In this document: positions 40,585 through 54,434 of the stretch, piece after piece
Numbering within the stretch: the stretch's first letter is position 1
Layout of the letters: each line of letters starts with the position of its first letter
Assembly (NCBI RefSeq): GCF_001194135.2
Contig: NC_069001.1
Location: 28,843,619 to 28,901,049 of the forward strand
Origin: Octopus bimaculoides
Taxonomy: Eukaryota
Direction: 5' to 3'
Length of the DNA: 57,431 nt
Made by a program: the position numbers and the translations under genes
Notes under the pieces: model-generated
Databases searched by the model: none
What the model saw: the letters and a program-made list of their open reading frames with translations, nothing else
What the model was told of the DNA's origin: nothing

Positions 40585-42254
40585 CTCTTTTCTTATAAAT
40601 GCAGAATTATTACACGTTTCTTCTCTTTGATGGGGAAAACAGAAAATGGTGGTGCTGGTGGGAGGGGGGAATAACTTTACTACCCAAATGTCAAACATAG
40701 GTATGTGTAATAATATAGCTCTGTTACCGGCTGGAAATAAACCTCAATTTTGAGACCTAGGAAAATAAATGGATTTGTTTGTCACAATCATATTTCGAAT
40801 AGTGTTAATAGAAATTTAGATTATATCTTATGAACGTTGGTCTATATCAGATGTTGATTTTTATGTTAACCTGGCACACTTTGCCAGTGTAATATAATTT
40901 TTTTTTTCCGGCTTATATACATGTCTATAGGTATATTAATGCGTAGGAAGTATTCGTATTGTGCAAATATGAAAAATGTCTGTAAAATATATATACATAT
41001 ACACACACACACACTCACACGCAGATATATATATATATTTGTTTTGCAAGATTTTTGATATATATATACAGAAATATATATATTTATAAATTACAGATAA
41101 GCTCCTCTATTTACATAATATCTAGGTTTCTTTCTTTCTTTTGTTGTCCTTCCTATCAATATATATATATATATATATACATATAATTCCCAAATAATGG
41201 CATGGGTGGTACGAGATGTTAGATTTTGTCCTTCCCTAAATATTAGGACCCTGGTTTAGTATAAAATAATAATTGGTTCAAAATTGAATAGAAGGGACTG
41301 TTGATTACATTTAACCCAATACTTGACAGTTTGTTTATTTTATCTACCCATGAAATGGTGAAAGTCATGTTTTATTTTAGCAGGATTATAAAATCAAAAG
41401 ACAAGGGATCGGAACTACATATCGCAAGGGATTTTTCCCAAGTCCCTGATCATTTTGCCAATACCACTTACTTTTTCTATGTAAGAAAATTTGTTTCAAA
41501 TTATGGGGAAGGCAACCAATTTAAAGTAAATCGATTTAGTCAATTACATAATCTAGATTACGTGACTGATGCTCTAATGTATCTATTCTGAAAGGATGAA
41601 AGGAATGTTGACCTCGGTTATAATTGAAGTCAGGACATAATGAGCGGGAAAAAATATCCCGCTTAGCATTGTTTCTGATCTCGCTAGTCATTCTGCCAGC
41701 TCACCTCATTTTCCTAAGTAAATATAATCCTTTCTACTAAAGGCACAAGGCCTAAAATTTGGATGTGGGCGAGGAGGGGACTAGTTGGTTACATCGACAC
41801 CAGTATTTCACTAGTACTTAAAGTAGCCTAATAGGATAAAAGGCAAAGTCGAACACGGTGGGATTTGAATTCAAAACGTGATGACTCTGAAGAGATGCCG
41901 CTCAGCGTTGTATCCGACATTCTAGCTATTTTTCTGGCTCATATCATTTTCCGAATTAAAATGTAGATTAACTGAAACTGGAGGGTTTGTATATGCGTAA
42001 AATATCCATTTCGCAACTAAATGTCGAAGTTTTTCAATGAGTTTTTCAATGTCGAAGTATTTCAATGAGTTTTAATTACATCTAACCCATAAAGCGCTGG
42101 GATCTGTTGTTTTTTTTATTACCCATGCGGGCTAACATAGAGGGGACAAAACAAAACATGTGGGACATAAAACATATATAAAAAAAACAGAAATGAATGC
42201 TATAATGTATGAATACATGAATATGATAAAATGGAAATGGAATCACCCGCCCCA

Positions 42255-42303
42255 TTAACCCATAAAGCGCTGGGATCGTGGCACGTCGCGCTTTATGTGT
42301 TTA
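42255..42303. mobile_element. Tiny piggyBac-like MITE remnant
   Basis: TTAA-CCCATAAAGCGC...GCGCTTTATGTG-TTTA: 12-bp TIR with one mismatch, CCC terminus and TTAA-like flanks. Confidence 0.5.
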
Positions 42304-42420
42304 GAGGGAAAATCCGGTCATACTTTCAGAGAGAAAAATTAATTAACCTTTTGCATAACAATATATAGGATAATTTCAAGTGATAATGCGTTCAGCGACT
42401 TAATATACTAGAATGTTGTG

Positions 42421-42743
42421 AAGACACGTGACTAAGTGGTTAGTGCATTGGCTCAAGATCGTAATATCGTGAGTTCGATACCGAGCGGTGCGTTGAGTCC
42501 TTGAGCAAGGTACTTTATTTCACGTTGTTCTAGTACACTCAGCTGGTAAAAATAAGCTGAACCAGTAGCTCAATAAGCCAGCCTTAACATATTCGATGTG
42601 CCACGCTGAAACTCCCTGAGAGTTACAGTAAGGATATCCGTGCCAGTTGAGTGCTCAACCACTTGGATGTTAATTCCACGAACCTTCTCTTCTGTTCATC
42701 GGATCAAATGGAACCATCGTCGTCATAACTGATGGATTGCCAT
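42421..42743 (+). mobile_element. Diverged tRNA-derived SINE (CORE-like middle, tail shared with the 33022 SINE)
   Basis: GAGTTCGATACC box and GTCCTTGAGCAAG...TTTCACGTTG, with a 3' part GAGTGCTCAACCACTT...ATCGGATCAAATGGAACC homologous to 33307-33375. Confidence 0.7.
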
Positions 42744-43690
42744 CTAGTTATATTAAAGCGCTATCAACTGGTTCAACGAAACCGACAATGCCTCATTCCT
42801 TCTGATCCATCATCTCACAGCAGTTTACTGTACCGCTCAATACAGTCAGAATCGATAGACGAAAAACATGTTACACGCTACACGCAACCTTCTATCGATT
42901 ATTCCTCCACCCTTCATACAACACATTTTAGCTCTGTCCAAAGAAGGAAGTGCTACCATATCGTTAGTAATTTAAAGAAAGATAATAAAAAAAAAATCTA
43001 CTATGCTGGCTGGAAAATATTAAGAACTTTCAAATTTCGAATTTAGATATCAATGTTATTTTGTATATTGACTATGTATTTATATTTTTATACCATATCT
43101 TAGACCGGAAACATTTCTTATTTTCAGCCATTGTGATTCGTTCATTTTGTTTTCGTCTATTTTGTATTTCATTTTTTTCTCCTTGTAATACAAGATTTCG
43201 CTACAAAAATTCAAAACAAACACGTAAACAACTGAATAAATGGGAATTATTTTTAACATAGGAAAAAATCAATCTTATCTAAGTATCACGTTATCTGGTT
43301 TGTTCGATAGAATTCCAGAATTTATAATGAAGTATTTAACTGCCTTTCTATGCAGGTTCTTATTGTTACTTGTCTTCTTATTGCCGCTACAACTGTTGCC
43401 ATTATTGTTGGTGGAGTTGGTGTTTGTGCTATTTTATTGGTAAAATATGTTGTGTATAAATGTAGCAAAACAACACCCATTTTGGTAGTTGAGACAGAGA
43501 GCGACTGAAGGAGACTTTATGCGGTCGGACGATCTGCCAAAGATAGCGACAATCTTTACATTCAATGAAACGCTTTCCTTTTGAGAATGGACTGACATAC
43601 TGGGAAATGTAGTTGTAGGTATTATGTCCGTGAATACACAAAAGCACACACATGCTGACAGGCGTACAAATTTACATGCGCACATACATT

Positions 43691-43779
<89 letters not shown>

Positions 43780-43862
43780 NNNNNNNNNNNNNNNNNNNNN
43801 NNNNNNNNNNNNNNNNNNNNNNNNNNNNNNNNNNNNNNNNNNNNNNNNNNNNNNNNNNNNNN

Positions 43863-43905
<43 letters not shown>

Positions 43906-44169
43906 TGAGGAGGGTATTGGATTTAACCAAACCCAGGAGGATACGGGTAATACCGAATAAGTGCTGTAATACCGAGTAAGACTCTATCCATAAAATACTT
44001 CTCCAACCTTAACTTTGCTCTCTTTATCTTTTTGTTTTTATATATTTACATATATACATATATATGCATATATATATTTACATATACACACGTATATGCA
44101 TCTATATATGTGTGTGTGTGTGTATGTATTTGAATGTGCATGCATGAATGTATTTTAAATAACCTTTAA

Positions 44170-44510
44170 TATGGCACACAACACCTTAAATTTTAGGAAA
44201 TGGGATAGTCGATTACATTAACCCCAGTGCGTAACTGGTACTTATTTCATAGAGTACGAAAGGTTGAAAGTTAAAGTCGAGCTCGGCAGAATTTGAATCC
44301 AGAAAAGGCAGTGAACTGCTAGCGCGCCGGGCGAAATGCTTAGCAGGATTTCATCTGTCGCTACATTCTGAGTTCAATTTCCGTCGAGGTCGATTTTGCA
44401 TTTCATCCATTCGGGGGTCGGTGAAATAAGTACCAATTACGTACTGAGGTCGATGTGATCGACTAAATCTCTCCCCTAAAACTTTCAAGCTTTGTGCCTA
44501 TATTAGAAAT
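44170..44510. mobile_element. Back-to-back SINE family 2 copies (- then +)
   Basis: A - fragment at 44170-44300 (AAAGTCGAGCTCGGCAGAATTTGAA), then a + copy from ~44305 (GCGCCGGGCGAAATGCTTAGC). Confidence 0.75.
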
Positions 44511-45020
44511 GAATTTGAATCCAGAAGTATTAGACAGTATGCTAAAGACTTTAGCAGCTCACCGCGTTTTTGTCCTTTCCCGGGATCGATAAAATCAATT
44601 CTATTTGAGCACTGAGATCTATGCAATTGACTAAGCGCCTTTAGTTATAATGTCTGGCCTTTTAGGTATAAGGGAAACGATTACTATGAGTAGTGTGCGA
44701 TAAAATATAACTTTTATGCATATTATTATCTATGTATATACCTGTGTGAAGAGCATCATAACTGGGTGTCGCCTGTATTCACACTAGTTTGAGATATGAA
44801 TGACAAATAGCATGTATTGCAAGCGGCTTTTGTTAAGATAAGTTTCCGGTCCCATCAGGTCAATCGTGGGACTATACGGACCGCCATATAACCTTGAGTT
44901 GGTGTGCGCATTGCCACTTGTACGCTAGTCACGCATGTTCAGACTCGTATATATAATTACACGCGCACACAGAATGTATGAATATGTACGTGCGCGCGCG
45001 CACACATAAACATCTCTATT

Positions 45021-45052
<32 letters not shown>

Positions 45053-45086
45053 ACTTTTTCTGTATATTTATATTCTGAGAAAGAGA

Positions 45087-45140
<54 letters not shown>

Positions 45141-45276
45141 TTTCTCTCCTTTTATATAAATATACAGAGTCTATATATATATATAAAAGCACATTCACTT
45201 ATGTTCGAATAGTTACACATACAAATATGTCATTAAGTTGTATTTATATCTTCCAATATACATACGTATCACATGC

Positions 45277-45308
<32 letters not shown>

Positions 45309-45719
45309 GCACACACATAGAAACACATACATGTATACACAAACACACATACACACAAATATGTATATATGTATATTCATACATAGAGATATACTTACAT
45401 ATAGGCACTCATATACACACACGTGATTTTGTATGTTTCTCTGTGTGTGTGTGTGTGCAGAATAAACAAATATACCGAAATACACAAATCCATACGCGCA
45501 CATACTTGTGTTCACCATCATAGTACATACGCCAACACAAAAGGAAAACACATAAATTACAGTCCTTCAATGACCTCAATTGACCCGACATGAACCGAAC
45601 CCTATTAGCTAAATCGACATTCAGCACGCGATGTTTGCTATTTATATCTCAAATAATAAACCAATCAGAACATAAACTCTCGCTGCGTTACTTCTGTAAA
45701 CACGTCCTCATCGCCCTAT

Positions 45720-46112
45720 TGTAGCAGCGAAGCGGCAATATTTTTGGAACGTCAAATAGAATGCTTAGCATTATTTAATTCAGTGTTCTGAGTTCAAAAC
45801 CGGTGAGATCGACTTTGCCTTTTATCCTTTCGGGGTTGATAAAATAAATACCAGTTACGCACTGGATTCGATGTAATCGACTTAATCTCTTTGTCTCTCC
45901 TTGGTTGTCCCATCTATGTTTAGCCTTCTGTGCGCAATAAAGAAATAAATATTGCTGAAACGTCACATACAATTCTTGACAGGCGAAATCGACTTTGCCT
46001 TTCATACTTTCGGGGTCGATGAAATAAGTACCGGCTGAACATTGGGGTCGATGTAACCGACATATCCCTTCCCCCAAAATTGCTGCCCCTCTGGCAAAAT
46101 TTGAGACCGTTT
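45720..46112 (+). mobile_element. SINE family 2 copies, tandem or partially duplicated
   Basis: Two GATCGACTTTGCCTTT...TTTCGGGGT bodies with different tails (TTTAGCCTTCTGTGCGCAATAAAG versus CCCCAAAATTGCTG). Confidence 0.8.
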
Positions 46113-46197
46113 TTTAATTTTAATATGCTACTGGGTGCTCTGAGTTCAAATCCTCCTATGGATAAATGTAATTCATTATCTTTCATCTTCCATATGT

Positions 46198-46525
46198 CTT
46201 GTTTCAGTCATTAGACTGCAGCCATACTGGATTAACATCTCGAGGGATTTTTAATCAAATGAATCGACACCAGAATTTTTATTTGTCAAGCCTGCTGTTT
46301 ATTCTATTGGTTTCTTCTGCCGAATCCCTAAGTTATGGAGACGTAAAGACACTGACACCGGCTATCAAGTGGTGGTGAGGGACAAACCCACACACACACA
46401 CACACACACACACATAGACGACTGGCTTCTTTCAGTTTCCGTCTATCAAATCCGCAGGTCTCACGCGGTGAGACTGAACCCGGAGCTATGTGGTTAGGGA
46501 GCAAACTTCTCACCACACAGTCACG
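46198..46525 (-). mobile_element. SINE family 1 copy, internally deleted
   Basis: TTGTTTCAGTCATT..., (CA)n, TTCTTTCAGTTTCCGTCT, then GACTGAACCCGGAGCTATGTGGTTAGG. Confidence 0.8.
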
Positions 46526-47604
46526 CCAGTGACTAGGCTTCTCTTTTTTTTTTTTTTGTCTTGAGTGAAAATGTAATGTACGAGTCAGGGAATCAGATTG
46601 ATGATATCGTCTTAGGCCCCCCTCTAAAATTCTGTATTTTCCCTTTCATTAGAAATATTTATTTTATCCCTTTCTGGGCACTCATAGTTCAAAGTTCCCT
46701 CATAAATATATTCACCAAGTTGAACTTTGACTTTCATCGATCTTACTTTCCGACGTCCATAAATAAATTCCAGTTATACTGGTCATCTCTTTTATCACTG
46801 TCGCTTCTTCCTTCTCTCCTTTTTTCTCTCTCACCTCCTCTTTCTCTCTCTTCTTCATTCTCTTCTCAATCTCACCCTTTCCCCCTCCTTCCTTCTCACT
46901 CTGTCTCTCTGTATTGACTATATTGGCTTCAAATTTTGACACATGACCAGCATTATCAGGGAAGGGGTTAGTCGATTACATCCACAACCCAATGTTCAAC
47001 TGGTATTTATTTTATCGGCCCCGAAATCATCGTAAATTAAGGGAAAAAAATGTCGCTAAGAGATTTTTTCCGGGGCGGTAACGATCCCGCCAGCTCGCCG
47101 CCTACTGTATTGACTATATTGTGCGACCGAATTCTCGAAGTAGAAAATTCATAGCATTGTTCGTTCCCCAGAAACGAAAATCTATTGAGTATGGAGCCAG
47201 GCAACTTCTTCCATAAAAATAAAGAAAAAAAAAATGAAAGCCAAATATACTGCCGTAAATGTTCAATAACATCTCTCTGTAAAGTGGGGCGAAATACAAT
47301 GTAACAAAAAGCAAAAACAACCCCATTCTACTTTCACAAGTTTTCACCTCTTCATACTCATACGTTCATCAGCACTTTTTTAATAGAATTCTCCCGGGGA
47401 TATTTCGTGTATGTTTTCCTCTGTACATTTCTGTACAATTTCTCATTACCAACATATGTTGTTCAACAGAATATTTATGGCGACGTTAGGTGTATCTGTG
47501 TGTATTTGTGGATTTGTGGATTTGTTTACGCTTACAAAAGATTATCATGCCTGTATTATTTCCTGTACACTTCCACTTAGTGTTATTTGAAATATACCGT
47601 CCAG

Positions 47605-47644
<40 letters not shown>

Positions 47645-48280
47645 TTGCTATGGTAGATATTTCTTTAATTGTGAATTAAGTCTACCATTGGTTTCATGTC
47701 AAGAAAGGTAGGAAAATATTCTAGTGTGATAACACTTTCCAAGCTGAACAAATGCANNNNNNNNNNNNNNNNNNNNNNNNNNNNNNNNNNNNNNNNNNNN
47801 NNNNNNNNNNNNNNNNNNNNNNNNNNNNNNNNNNNNNNNNNNNNNNNNNNNNNNNNNNNNNNNNNNNNNNNNNNNNNNNNNNNNNNNNNNNNNNNNNNNN
47901 NNNNNNNNNNNNNNNNNNNNNNNNNNNNNNNNNNNNNNNNNNNNNNNNNNNNNNNNNNNNNNNNNNNNNNNNNNNNNNNNNNNNNNNNNNNNNNNNNNNN
48001 NNNNNNNNNNNNNNNNNNNNNNNNNNNNNNNNNNNNNNNNNNNNNNNNNNNNNNNNNNNNNNNNNNNNNNNNNNNNNNNNNNNNNNNNNNNNNNNNNNNN
48101 NNNNNNNNNNNNNNNNNNNNNNNNNNNNNNNNNNNNNNNNNNNNNNNNNNNNNNNNNNNNNNNNNNNNNNNNNNNNNNNNNNNNNNNNNNNNNNNNNNNN
48201 NNNNNNNNNNNNNNNNNNNNNNNNNNNNNNNNNNNNNNNNNNNNNNNNNNNNNNNNNNNNTAAAATATTAAAATGTTGTG

Positions 48281-49160
48281 AGGCAGTGAGCTGGCAGAAA
48301 CGTTAGCACGCCGGACGAAATGTTTACCGGTATTTCGTCAGCCGCTACGTTCTGAGTTCAAATTCCGCCGATGTCGACTTTTCTTTCGGGGTCGATAAAT
48401 TAATTACTATTTACGCACTGGGGTCGACGTAGTCGACTTGATCCCTTCGTTTCCTTGTTTTTCGGCAATAAAGAAATAAGAAAACTTAGCACGCCGGACG
48501 AAACGTTTATCGCGGTTTCATCTATTTTTTTTTTTTCGTTCTCAGTTCAAATTCTGCTGAGGTCGACTTTGTCTTATAGTAAATGGTTAGTACTTTATTT
48601 TATTTACCCCGGAGAGAAGAAATGACAAATTTGACCGTGGCAGGATTTGAACACGGAATGTAAAGAGCCAAGAGAAATTCTACAGTTAATTTTTGTAAGC
48701 TCTTATTGCTATAGTTACATACTGAAATAAGATAGCGATTTGGCAGAATTCTTAGAACGCCAGGCAAAAAAGCTTAGCGGCACTTCATACATCTTAACGT
48801 TCTGAGTTCAAATTCCGGCTTATATCTTTTCGGGGATCAATAACATAAGCACGAGAGAAAGCACAGGGGTCGATGTTTTCGGCATAAACATTCGCCGAAA
48901 TTGCTGGCCTTGTGCTAAAATTTGCAATCATTATTGCATACTAACATAAGGCGGCGAGCTTGCAGAAACTTTAGGACACTGGGCGAAATGCTTAACGGTA
49001 TTTCGCCCGTAGCTACGTTTTGAGTTCAAATTCTGCCTAGGTGACTTTGTCTTCCATACTTTCAGGATCGATAAATAAAGTATCAGTGAAACACTGTAGT
49101 CAATGTAATCGACTTGTCCGCTCCCTTCAAATGTCAGGCTCTGTGCCTTTAGTAGAAAAT
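48281..49160 (+). mobile_element. Cluster of about four same-orientation SINE family 2 copies plus one antisense fragment
   Basis: Heads or bodies at ~48281, ~48485, ~48730 and ~48948, each with TTCT(G/C)AGTTCAAATTC. Confidence 0.8.
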
Positions 49161-52100
49161 ATTATTAAATAATTACAGACATTTATTTCACCGAACAAGT
49201 ATGAAATGACAAGCACGAAAGCATTAACAGTTGTTGTGCAATATTATTAACGTGCAGTAAACTATACCGCCTGGACCCCATGACTTCATAGGTGTTCATT
49301 TGACCCAAAGGTTATAATCAATTATCACTGATTTTTAAATGATTTTTCATTTTAGAGATATATATCGGATCAATCACAATTTCTTAATTCCAATGTCTAA
49401 ACGCCAAAATGTCTTGAAACAAATGTCGGACAAATTCATTTCAAAGATCACCGTGCTCTTTATATGAAACAAATACGCATTAGATAAAATTCTTCGCGTT
49501 TAATAATAAAAGAAGAAAAATTACCCTAAGATGAACGTAAATTAAATAAACCGGGTGCTAAGGAGGGGAGTCAATACGATAGCATGGAGCCTACTAGAAA
49601 TAGTAGCTACATCTTTATCAAAGGATACCGAACAGCTTCAAAAGAACAAGGATTTGTCTGATAATGAAGCCCGAGATGCATTGTGTCTGGATAAAACAAA
49701 GAATTGAACGTGGGTGGAACAACTTTGAACATAAATTTATTGAGTATTAAGCATTAACGTTACATGCAAACAATAGCATCATCGTAAAAGTGACAACCGT
49801 TTAATTGGTTAAACAACATCATATACCTCAATAACACCCTACTAAGCTAAAAAGAAAAAAATTAGTAACATAACGTAGTTTTAGATAACCTGTGTTTAAA
49901 TTAACTAAGAGATGGGATGGCCACAGATAAAACAACATGAATCCGTTTTCGCTTTAATTAGGCAACACTTTATTGCGTTTAATGCTCATATTTTGATATT
50001 TTCTAATCTGATATGCTGACAGATATGTGGAGCAGTAGAAAATATTCCATACCTTTCACTATACGCTCCACAGTACTAAGAGACAACCACTTAATTCTCT
50101 GGGTCAACTATTGCAACACGTTTGTGTCATTTTGTTTGAGTTAAGATGAAATTTAAAAAAAATCAACTTTAAAAAAACAAAATGAAGAACGAAAGGTAAT
50201 ATGGTGAAAACAATGAGTTGTGTGTCTGTATTTGTATTGGGGTACATCTTACGTCATAACAATTAGTGAATCAAGACAACAAATCATTTTAGCTGACAAA
50301 CTTTACGCTTAGAATTTGAAATAAAATGGAATAAAATATAAATTTCAATAGAATATAAAAATTCACAAATGAATTCAACCCTATAATAACACCCACAAGG
50401 TTTGGCATTTGATTAAAACAACGATATAATAATAATACAAACACGCACAGACACATATAAACGCACACAAAAAACGATTAATATTAGAAAACTGTCCAGA
50501 ATTTTGATGGGCCTTTACTTTTTCATTTATCTTTGGTTCTTTGTTTTTTCTCCCTGATTTTTGTCCGTTATGTTTTGTTTTCTGTAAATTCAGGAAAAAA
50601 ATTGCCATACGAGCAACAAAACTAAACATAACAATAGAAACAACAATATCAACATTTTTTTTTTTTTTTGTTATTTTCGTTGGCTAGGTTTTTTTTTTTC
50701 TTTTTTTTGTTATTATTTTAAGAAAAATCTACAACTGAAGGGAAACCCATTAAGATAATCGGCTTTCAAGTGAAATAATTCCAAATTGCTTTTGAAATTC
50801 AATTTGATGTTTTCGTAGTTATTTTAAGTTTAAGTGACATTGTTAATTGGTATCCGCTAAGTGCCGCTTTCTACTTCCTGTGATTAGCTTGAATGTAATA
50901 GGTTTTCTTCTTGTGCGTTTCTCTTTTTTTTTTCTTTTGCTTTCATATAATCGATGATGATGATTATAATGATAGAGAGATTTCTCTGATAAACTTTGTT
51001 ACTATTTGTGTATGATTGTTGCTTGTTGCTGTAGTTGGCGGCAATGTTCCTATGAATTGGTTGGGATTCTTTTAAAAACAAACCGAGGGCATTTCCACTT
51101 GATTCATTGCTAAAATTCACTAACAGATTCAAAATGTCATTCTTGTACATATGTACACACAGGCATCAATGCACAGCAGACAGACACACATATACTCATA
51201 TACATACGTACAAATATATGAACACATATACACCAACACACACATACACACATATATTTCCTTTTTCCAAAAGGTTTTGGTGTGACGTTTAGTGATTGAA
51301 TTGTTGAAGTTTGACGATACTAGCAAATAGCAGCTTGAATTTACCTTTATTATTTAATGTGGCGGATGTTTAGAAAACTACACATGCAATGCCAGAGGAT
51401 TTGATCGGTATATATATATATATATATCAGCGAAAGTGTGGCTATGTGCTAAGAAGCCTACTTCTTCCAAACTACAGGGTCTCGGGTTCAGTCCTTCTGT
51501 GTGTCACTTTCAGCGTGTATCTTCTACAATAGTATCGAGCCAACGGAAGCCTTGTGAGTAGATACGCCATACGGTAATGGGAAGAAATCAGTCATATATA
51601 TGTGTGTGTCCTGTGTATGTATGTAGTATATGTACGTACACGCGCGTATGTGTATCCGCCTTATAACAATCAACGACCATCGAATGTATATAAGTGTGGA
51701 CAATGTTTTTTAAATATAACGCTAATCAATTTATTACAGTTCTGTGCATACTTTTTTAGTTCCCTTTTGTACAAAAATTCATTTTCAAAGACTTCTAACA
51801 ATATATTAGCCGTGCCACAAGTATTGGCGACAAGTATATCCAAACTTATACTGACTCAACCACACACAAGTGTAGCAGGAATCAAACGCCGTACTAGTTT
51901 CGAAGATACACATTCTCGATCTTCGATTTAAATTAATCTTACTTTTTTCCCTATTTTCTGACAAATTCCGTAGTTTTTTTTTCCATTTAATTGGATGAAT
52001 AATTCAGATTGCGTAGATTTATTTTATTTTGTTATAACACTCAATACTATCTGCAACCTTCGTGGAGTGAGAAATCTTCTGGCGGGGAATGAAAGTTGTG

Positions 52101-53673
52101 TAATATATGGAGTCTCATTTACTCAGGAAAATTAGATCTAACGTACGTTAATTGCGTCAGAATTTTAATTTAAATTGCTACTAGTTTGGTCTTGTGTCTG
52201 TCTAACAAATCAATATGGTTTAAGTCGAAGCTGGAATACACCACGCAGTCAAAATTCACCTGGAAATGCAAGAGAAATTTCTCTCAAAATTCTCACAACT
52301 GTCTAAATGAAATGAAGTGTAAATTCTTAAATATTTTTGATCACAGAGCCGCTTGATCTCCACAAAGTTTTAACTAAACCACATATAAAAATAACTGCCA
52401 GTCAAATAGTTTCCATATAGCTTGCTCAGTGGTTTCTATTTCCTAATCGTCTATTTTATTGAAACACTAATTTAATAGAAATGTGCTGTAGTTTGCTTGA
52501 AGGTGCTTAGAATATTAAAGCAATTAATTTGAAGGTTGTGCAACAATAAGAATATGGAAAAAAATATTTTACTGTTATGTTTGAAATAGATAATGGTCCT
52601 GATATTTCGGGTAAAGTACCTCCTTGCTAAGATTTCAAGAACTAGAGTGAAAGAATTCTTAATCAGAGTATGTTTGATTTTTATAAAATAATAAAATTAT
52701 TTTTAACACGCTGCATGTAAATCAACCAACATCAAAAACAGGGTTTTTTGACTCTATATAAGGCGTGGTATGTCATGTGATACTTCAGCCTAATCGAGAT
52801 TTCTTGAAATTTATTATTTCTGAAAGCCGGATAAGAAACCTGATGCTGTAAAATTGTTCATTGTGTTCATGCAGAATAATTTTCTCACAAAAACCTGATT
52901 TATAATCCAACAAAACGTTTCGCTGTTTCTTTGTAAATATCTTTAAAAGAATAATTCTCTGTAGGTTTCGTATGTAAACTCTATAAAATCTACTAATTTT
53001 GTGATGTCTGCTTTATGGATTAATTTTTTTTCATATTTGATGACTCGTTGAACTATATTTTGCTAAGCGTTCTCTCCAAACGTCTTCTGGTATTAATCCA
53101 ACGCTAAACAAGGAATTAAAGAGAAACCTATTTTTTATTTTGTCATCTACTACTTGTTTTAATAATCCCCGTATATATTAGGATTGTACAATCGCCACAC
53201 GAAGTTGTAGTAGTCGTGTAGTCTATGCCATACAAGTAATCTTTGCAGATACCATTCTCTGTATCTCAGCTTAGCGAACTAACTGACTGTAAAACTTCTT
53301 CCGCGATTACATTCTGTTAAATCTTCAAATACTATTAGTATAGTTAAGAATGTATCATGAAACGTATAGTAGCCATTTATCTTCTACTGATCTCGTGTAG
53401 TAATCTGTCTGGAGTAGCGATTTGCACACAAATCTCAGCTGTGGATCTTACATTTGAAATGCAAAAACTTGGAAATGTGCGTGTTTGTTTTTATACATAC
53501 ACGCATACGTACATACATGCATGCACGCTTGCATTCATATAGATATTGCATACATATACATAGATACACGCTCGTATATATGTGCGTGTGTGTGTGTGTG
53601 TATGTGTGCTGAGTTATCCCATAAATAATGCGGTTTTTATACTTATATCTTTCAAAATTAAGATAAACAGTGT

Positions 53674-53973
53674 TCATTTGTAATGTAAAATATACAGTCC
53701 TTCATTTCCTACAATGCTCTTCCATCTATCTGGTAGACTTACAAGGCCCCTCTTCCATTTATCTGGTAGACTTGCAAGGCCCCTCTTCCATCTATCTGGT
53801 AGACTTGCAAGGCCCCTCTTCCAAAATTTCTGGAACCACCACTGACACTGGCTGACGCTTATTGTTCGATCCCCATATACTGCATTAATATTTCTCGCAC
53901 TTTCCGTTGCTTTATTACCTTTATTAAACTCATAAAGCAAAAAATGCCGAATATGCTCCTTTGTCACTTCCAT
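53674..53973 (-). pseudogene. Truncated mariner transposase ORF (99 aa): HTH plus triplicated C-terminal segment, no DD34D
   Basis: MEVTKEHIRHFLLYEFNKGNKATESARNINAVYGDRTISVSQCQWWFQKF is a mariner N-terminus. It is fused to (WKRGL.SLPD.)x3-WKSIVGNEGLYI, a mariner C-terminus. Confidence 0.85.
53718..53823. repeat. 33-bp tandem repeat, 3 copies plus 7 bp
   Basis: TCTTCCAT(C/T)TATCTGGTAGACTT(A/G)CAAGGCCCC at 53718, 53751 and 53784. Confidence 0.95.
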
Positions 53974-54434
53974 TATAGCTTTGAAAAAATAACTTTTAAA
54001 ATCGAACTGCACTCTTCAAAACTTGCACTAAAATAGCTATATGGCAAACTTACTACCTGCTTTTGTTACAAAGGTGATGCTGGTAGTTTATCACGTCCCC
54101 CTCCGACTTTCAGTTCATGCCATTGAAAATATCACCTTATTTATGAGATGGCCCAATATGTATGTATATTTGCATAAATCATATACAAACTTATATAAAT
54201 ATGAGAAGAAAGTGAAAGAGAAATCCTGAGAGTGAGAGACTATCAATAAGAACATGATAGTTTAATAATCTCAGAAAGAAGTTATTTTAAATGTCGGTGG
54301 TTAAATTCCGTGACAAATAGCGTTACAGCGGCACCATTAAATTCTTCTTTGCACACGGTGCTTTTTGCACGAAATCGTTTGAATGATTTCGTTCATATAC
54401 AAATTGTATTCAAGGAAAATATTTAAAGCTTACT

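Larger units (their letters stand above)
53609..54156 (-). mobile_element. Internally deleted mariner transposon (third family)
   Basis: Imperfect TIRs CTGAGTTATCCCATAAATAA and reverse complement TTGGGCCATCTCATAAATAA, followed by TA. Carries transposase N- and C-terminal sequence. Confidence 0.88.
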
